From the NCBI GenBank assembly GCA_027923505.1, contig BROI01000009.1, forward strand, positions 930,001 through 994,000: a stretch of DNA of 64,000 bases, written 5' to 3'. This document shows positions 59,208 through 64,000 of the stretch, piece by piece. Source of the DNA: Mayamaea pseudoterrestris (lineage: Eukaryota). The translations under genes and the position numbers were made by a program. Position 1 is the stretch's first letter. Each line of letters starts with the position of its first letter. The notes beneath the pieces are model-generated. The model did not search any database, was not told the DNA's origin, and saw only the letters and a program-made list of their open reading frames with translations.

Positions 59208-59811
59208 TCCAATATACGATCAACACCGAATGAAGACTTGTTCATGCGCTTTTTGCACGTAAATGAATCGTGTTCGGCAAGAGGAGAAGCTGCACTACGT
59301 AGAACCTTCTCGCTTCAAAAGGTCCTTTACTGTTCCAGGTCATATCCAGATCCTCACATTAATAAAACAAGTCCTCTTAATAAACCCGATGCAATCGTAA
59401 CTGCACAAGTAACTCACTTGTTGGTGAATGGAACGAACGTGTAAAGCGCACATAGTCCAGATTCGTTAATTTCCGCGACTGCAAATTGCACGTGAATCAG
59501 ACAGCATGATAGCAGTAATATTATAACACTCGAATATCTTAGTTTGGCATGATGAAGCATGGTAAGAGCGAACAAAACCGATTATAAAGGAGCGGCGCTC
59601 GCCATGGTGATGGGTCAAAAAGGCTCGGAGACGGCAGCCGAGACCGAAAAAGTGACTCTCGTCATCATTACGACGTACCGGTACTGGATGGCGTACGACT
59701 GCGTGAGTACCGTTACGATATAGTGAAGAATCGCTTCATCAGTTTGCTGGCGCCGCGATCGCGCCAATTCATTCAACCACGAAGACCAAATTCTCCTCAT
59801 TATCATCGAAA

Positions 59812-61164
59812 ATGAAGACTCTCCTTGGAATTGATCGTTCTATTTTACAAGCAGTATGGGCAAATGTACTTTCTTGGTTTGTCAAAAGGTTTCTTCCGCA
59901 TTTAGTCCCCAAGATTCCGCAAGCCATCAGCGATTGCGACGACGATAGTCGAGAGAATCCGTTACGAAAAACCTGCTCCACAGGCACTACCAAGCAGCAG
60001 CAGCAGCAGCAGCAGCAAGAGCTCACGAAGTGCATTGTGATTGCACGTCCCGGAGGAAAGGAGCAGCTGAAGCTGATTACTCTCAAGCCTGGCATTGCAA
60101 CCTGCGGATTCAACATTGAGCAGCGTGACAAGGCATTTACGCATTCACTAGTCGGAGAGGAGGAATTGCCTTCCGATTGTATTCTACTGCGGAACCAAGC
60201 ATTTAGTGTCAACTACGCAGACTGCTGCATACGATGGGGATTGTATGAAAGTGCCAAGGAGTATGTCGGCTATCCCATTGTTCCTGGCTTTGACGTTGCA
60301 GGTGTAGTAGAGCGACTCGGATCAAAGGCTGCGGAGTATGGTTTCCACGTTGGAGATTTAGTTTATGGCTGCACCCTTTTTGGAGCGTACAGTAGTCGAG
60401 TGCTTGTGCCAGCCATGCAGTTGCGCAAGATACCCAAGTCAATTACCTTGACGCACGCTGCGGCGCTCCCCGCCGTTTCGTTGACGGCCTTGTATGCACT
60501 CTTTCTTGCTGGACATTGGCCAACACGGAGCAAGTACTCCAACAAGAGCATTCTCATTCACTCGGCTGCTGGAGGCGTTGGATCCATGCTTGTGCAAATG
60601 GCCAAGCTAGTCGGTTGCAGTCCAATTGTGGGCGTCGTTGGAAGGTCCAACAAGGTGGACGCCGCCAAGCAGCTTGGATGCGACACTGTCATTGACAAAT
60701 CGACGCAAAACCTTTGGCAAGAAGCTGAACGCGCGAGTCCAAATGGATATTCCACAATCATGGATTCTAATGGCGTTTCGACGCTCCAACAATCTTACGA
60801 CCACGTGGCCATGACGGGTCGCTTGATTGTATTTGGCTTTCACACCAACTTGCCGGTCGGTCGCGACATGCTCAGTCCACTGGAGTGGTTTCGCATGGCG
60901 AGACGAATGAGCGAGATGCCCAAGTTTGATCCAATGCACATGGGCGGACAAAACAAGTCAGTCTTGGCTTTCAACCTTTCATTCTTTGCGGAGGAACGGG
61001 AAATGCTTTCCGAGCTTTTTGACCAAGTGCAAACGTGGCTGGAGGATGGCTTGCTCCAGGTTCCTCGCGTCGTTGAAATGGAAATGCACAACATTGCCGA
61101 CGCCCACGATCTAATCCAGAGCGGAAGGAGCGTTGGCAAGATTGTCTTGTCGACGGACAGGTAG
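59812..61164 (+). CDS. Medium-chain dehydrogenase/reductase, VAT-1/quinone-oxidoreductase-like
   Basis: VNYAD...RWGLY, PIVPGFDVAGVV, ILIHSAAGGVG and GRSVGKIVL motifs. Confidence 0.9.
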   Translation: MKTLLGIDRSILQAVWANVLSWFVKRFLPHLVPKIPQAISDCDDDSRENPLRKTCSTGTTKQQQQQQQQELTKCIVIARPGGKEQLKLITLKPGIATCGFNIEQRDKAFTHSLVGEEELPSDCILLRNQAFSVNYADCCIRWGLYESAKEYVGYPIVPGFDVAGVVERLGSKAAEYGFHVGDLVYGCTLFGAYSSRVLVPAMQLRKIPKSITLTHAAALPAVSLTALYALFLAGHWPTRSKYSNKSILIHSAAGGVGSMLVQMAKLVGCSPIVGVVGRSNKVDAAKQLGCDTVIDKSTQNLWQEAERASPNGYSTIMDSNGVSTLQQSYDHVAMTGRLIVFGFHTNLPVGRDMLSPLEWFRMARRMSEMPKFDPMHMGGQNKSVLAFNLSFFAEEREMLSELFDQVQTWLEDGLLQVPRVVEMEMHNIADAHDLIQSGRSVGKIVLSTDR

Positions 61165-61708
61165 CAATTCGGCCTGAAAATAAAATCAGTCCGTTCGCCA
61201 AAGTTTCGAGTATACAGTCATGGGCTGTGAAAGGTAATCCCTCGCTGGTTCGGTGTTACTATGCTTGGCAGCAGAAATAGTACAGTACGTTCTCGCACCA
61301 GCGCTCCTTGATCGCATGTTAACCCTGTCTCGGACAAATGTGCAATGGCGAGGCCCTGTAAAGGAGAAACTGTTTACGAGTTCTGTCGTCAAGAGAAGCG
61401 TGAGGATTGCGACTATGCTTGCTCATTCTCTCATCATTTTATTTCTTCGCAACAAGGTGTACCTTTGTTATAGACCGTCACCAAGCCTCTAGCGTCCGTT
61501 TCACCAGGCATCGTCACCGGCCACGCTCCATACTTTCTCAACAACTTTCTTGGATATCCAACTTTAAAGGCTTCTAAATGACTCGCTTGCTTAAAGATTC
61601 CGAGCAGCGATATCATAGATTACGTTACATTTCAGCAAATTTGTTCGTTTATCAAAATTTACCGCATTAGAGAGGGAGAAAACCAAATCAGGTAGTCCTC
61701 TTTGGCGT

Positions 61709-63532
61709 TCAAACCACTGATCCATGAAACGTTGAGTATACCGTCACGGAAGTGGTCAATATACTAATGAGTATGCCACCGACAAGTAGAATCGAAGCGA
61801 CGCATACCAGCTTTTGATCATTGAGGCGAAGTGCCAAGGTTCCTGGAATCATGTAGCCTAGAACTGATGTAGTCGTTCCACCCAGCAGTCCAAAAACAAC
61901 TGAAATGTCTGGTATCAAAATGGCGCAGCCCAGCGCAAGCCCCGTAAGCAGCAAAGTCACACAAATGTGTTGTCGAAGGTCAAACATTTCCTCATCGTCG
62001 ACACCATTCACAGGTAAAGTAGCCTCTGGCTCTTCCAAGACCAAGTCCGAAGCTGCATCGAGACTCAAGGAGCGACCAATAGTTCCGTATTGCGAACCAT
62101 TCGAGCCGGCCGACCTGTTATCGTCCGTATCATCAACGTCTGCGTCCTCCAATAGTGCTGCCGTTAGCGTTTCATTCGCTTGTTGTCTTTGCCGCTGCAT
62201 CCTCCTCGCCAGGTATCGCTTCCAAACACCAATAACGGCAATGCGAGCAGGAAAGACATTCAGCGGAAAGGCCGTAATGACGGCGGCCGCCATGCTTGCT
62301 GTTGCAAACTGCATCATGCCAGAATCATGCTTGTAGTTAACGAGAACGTTTGGTTCAATGCGATCACCAAAATCAGCGAGTGCAATGATTGAAATACTGG
62401 CATATAGTAAAAAGCAAACTGACACTGACAAATATGCAACCTTGTGCATGAGCTGCTGATTGTTATCAAGTTCCAAGTAAATGGATGGGACGTTAATCTG
62501 ACATGAAAAGGCAAACATGACGATAGGGCAAGCCTTGAGAACAGAAATAACTCCATCTGCAGGCCAAAGGTAGTCGGTCAACTTGACGATTGGAAAATCA
62601 TCGGACGTGGAGTTTCCTCCCAGATCGGTCACGTATGGACCGTACGTAACGTCCGCCACCCAAGTATCGTTCGTGTCCCATCGATCGTGACTTGTGTGAC
62701 CGTAATCGTCGTTGATCAAGTGCCACAAGGAGCAAAAGACGAGCGTCCCAATGGCAGCCACACCCGTGCCACTCGTCCATTGAAAGCTTTTCATGCGTCG
62801 AAACATGCTCAACGGCATCATCAAGGTGAGCCACACAATGAGCATGCTGGAGAGGCGCTTCCATCCCAGGGTGATGTAAAGTATATCGCCAACGGCAATG
62901 ACATAGCTCACAGAGCATCCGACGCAGAATACGACGATACATACTTCTGTCAGTTGTTTCATTCGATGCCCCAAAAAGTACGAAACCAAGCCTTCCATGG
63001 AAACGTTGGTAAAGGTCAAGCTATCAGCCGCCGTCGTTTGCGCAATCACCAATAAGCGAATCGAAACAATGGTAATGCCAGCGCTCGCTAGCAAGAGCAG
63101 CATTCCAACAATAATGCCAGCCTGCTGCATGGCAAAGGGCAAGGCCAAGACCCCAGCGCCCAAGGTGGCGCTGCAAAGATTGGCAGCCGCGCCAATGAGA
63201 ATGGACGCACGTGACGGCGTCGTCGTTAGTGGTGCGTGCGAAAATAACGTATCAGCAGCAGTGTTGAAATGAGTTGATTGTTCGCGTTCGCCATTGGCAT
63301 GACCATTTCCATTGACTAGAACGTCTAGATCTTTGTCTTGTTTCGCTCCCTCATCCTCCAATGTATACAGTGTCTCCTCCTCCATCGTGCCATTGCGATG
63401 CGTTAACTGTCCATTCATTGTCAAGGGATCCAGAGACGAAACATTTTGTGCAGGAGAGTCCAAAACTGCCCTCGCTTTTGTTATACCGTTTTTCGTGCGG
63501 TTCCTCTTGGATTTCTTCGAGTTGTTTGGCAT
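61709..63532 (-). CDS. Amino-acid transporter (AAAP/SLC38-AVT family)
   Basis: NLCSATLGAGVLALPFA, FAFSCQINVPSIY and IPDISVVFGLLGG motifs; about 11 TM segments. Confidence 0.92.
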   Translation of the reverse strand: MPNNSKKSKRNRTKNGITKARAVLDSPAQNVSSLDPLTMNGQLTHRNGTMEEETLYTLEDEGAKQDKDLDVLVNGNGHANGEREQSTHFNTAADTLFSHAPLTTTPSRASILIGAAANLCSATLGAGVLALPFAMQQAGIIVGMLLLLASAGITIVSIRLLVIAQTTAADSLTFTNVSMEGLVSYFLGHRMKQLTEVCIVVFCVGCSVSYVIAVGDILYITLGWKRLSSMLIVWLTLMMPLSMFRRMKSFQWTSGTGVAAIGTLVFCSLWHLINDDYGHTSHDRWDTNDTWVADVTYGPYVTDLGGNSTSDDFPIVKLTDYLWPADGVISVLKACPIVMFAFSCQINVPSIYLELDNNQQLMHKVAYLSVSVCFLLYASISIIALADFGDRIEPNVLVNYKHDSGMMQFATASMAAAVITAFPLNVFPARIAVIGVWKRYLARRMQRQRQQANETLTAALLEDADVDDTDDNRSAGSNGSQYGTIGRSLSLDAASDLVLEEPEATLPVNGVDDEEMFDLRQHICVTLLLTGLALGCAILIPDISVVFGLLGGTTTSVLGYMIPGTLALRLNDQKLVCVASILLVGGILISILTTSVTVYSTFHGSVV

Positions 63533-64000
63533 GACGAAGAAGGGAGCCGAAGGGACGAAGGGACTACCTAGTAATCTGAAACTTGTTGTGGTTCTCCGAT
63601 CCTTCTGCAGTCTCTTCTTTCAGTCAGGCCTCTATCCGTTAATGCTGCCGTCAACAGCTTACTTGCGCCCAACAATAGTGTTATACATGGAGATGAGCAA
63701 GCCGCAGCAAGGACGGTTGTTGTGGCAGTCGTCGGCGCAAAAAGCAGACGGACCACAATTTATGTCGCACTGGTGAAGAATGAGCTCGTACCGGTACTTG
63801 CATGATCGTTGAAATTGGCGTCCGTGCTTTGCATGGGTCATTCTCGGTCATGGGTCATTCTCCAAGGATCTTCGTGTCTTGCTTGGGATCTTGCGAGACG
63901 CATCAGCCATCTTCATCTTGGTCGTCTTGCTTATTGTCAAACAAGTCTTTATCTTCATCATACTGCCGACGAAGGATATTCTAGTCAACTAGCGATAAAG

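Noticed and set aside
1..64000. tRNA, rRNA, snRNA genes or telomeric repeats
   Set aside because: None recognised by eye, and the satellite monomers lack 5S or tRNA signatures I could identify. Small RNA genes could have been missed without a covariance search.

Overview
Eukaryotic, gene-dense DNA with short GT-AG introns, most likely a pennate diatom (bipartite plastid and periplastid targeting peptides, SELMA-type Cdc48, CoDi-like Copia element, diatom-style class C GPCR). There are about 14 host genes: dymeclin (frameshifted 3' part), P5A-ATPase, a small plastid protein, a Q-rich coiled-coil protein, a SKI3/TTC37-like TPR protein, an HA-domain/CCCH protein, signal-peptide Cdc48, a divergent kinase, a sulfotransferase, isocitrate lyase, an FkbM methyltransferase, an ankyrin protein, a GPCR, a VAT-1-like reductase and an amino-acid transporter. 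The unusual content is non-coding or mobile. (i) A CpG-poor, palindrome-bearing 169-bp satellite forms two locally homogenised arrays, one with higher-order repeats and lying between two divergent genes. (ii) A 356-bp satellite is packed with dyads and shares 8-17-nt words with the 169-bp family. (iii) 50-bp and 42-bp minisatellites share a core and lie near gene starts. (iv) A young Ty1/Copia element has gag and pol in the same frame separated by a single UGA (candidate stop-codon readthrough), a hydrophobic segment before the protease, and a truncated 5' LTR. All calls come from reading the sequence and recalling motifs; no database searches were run.
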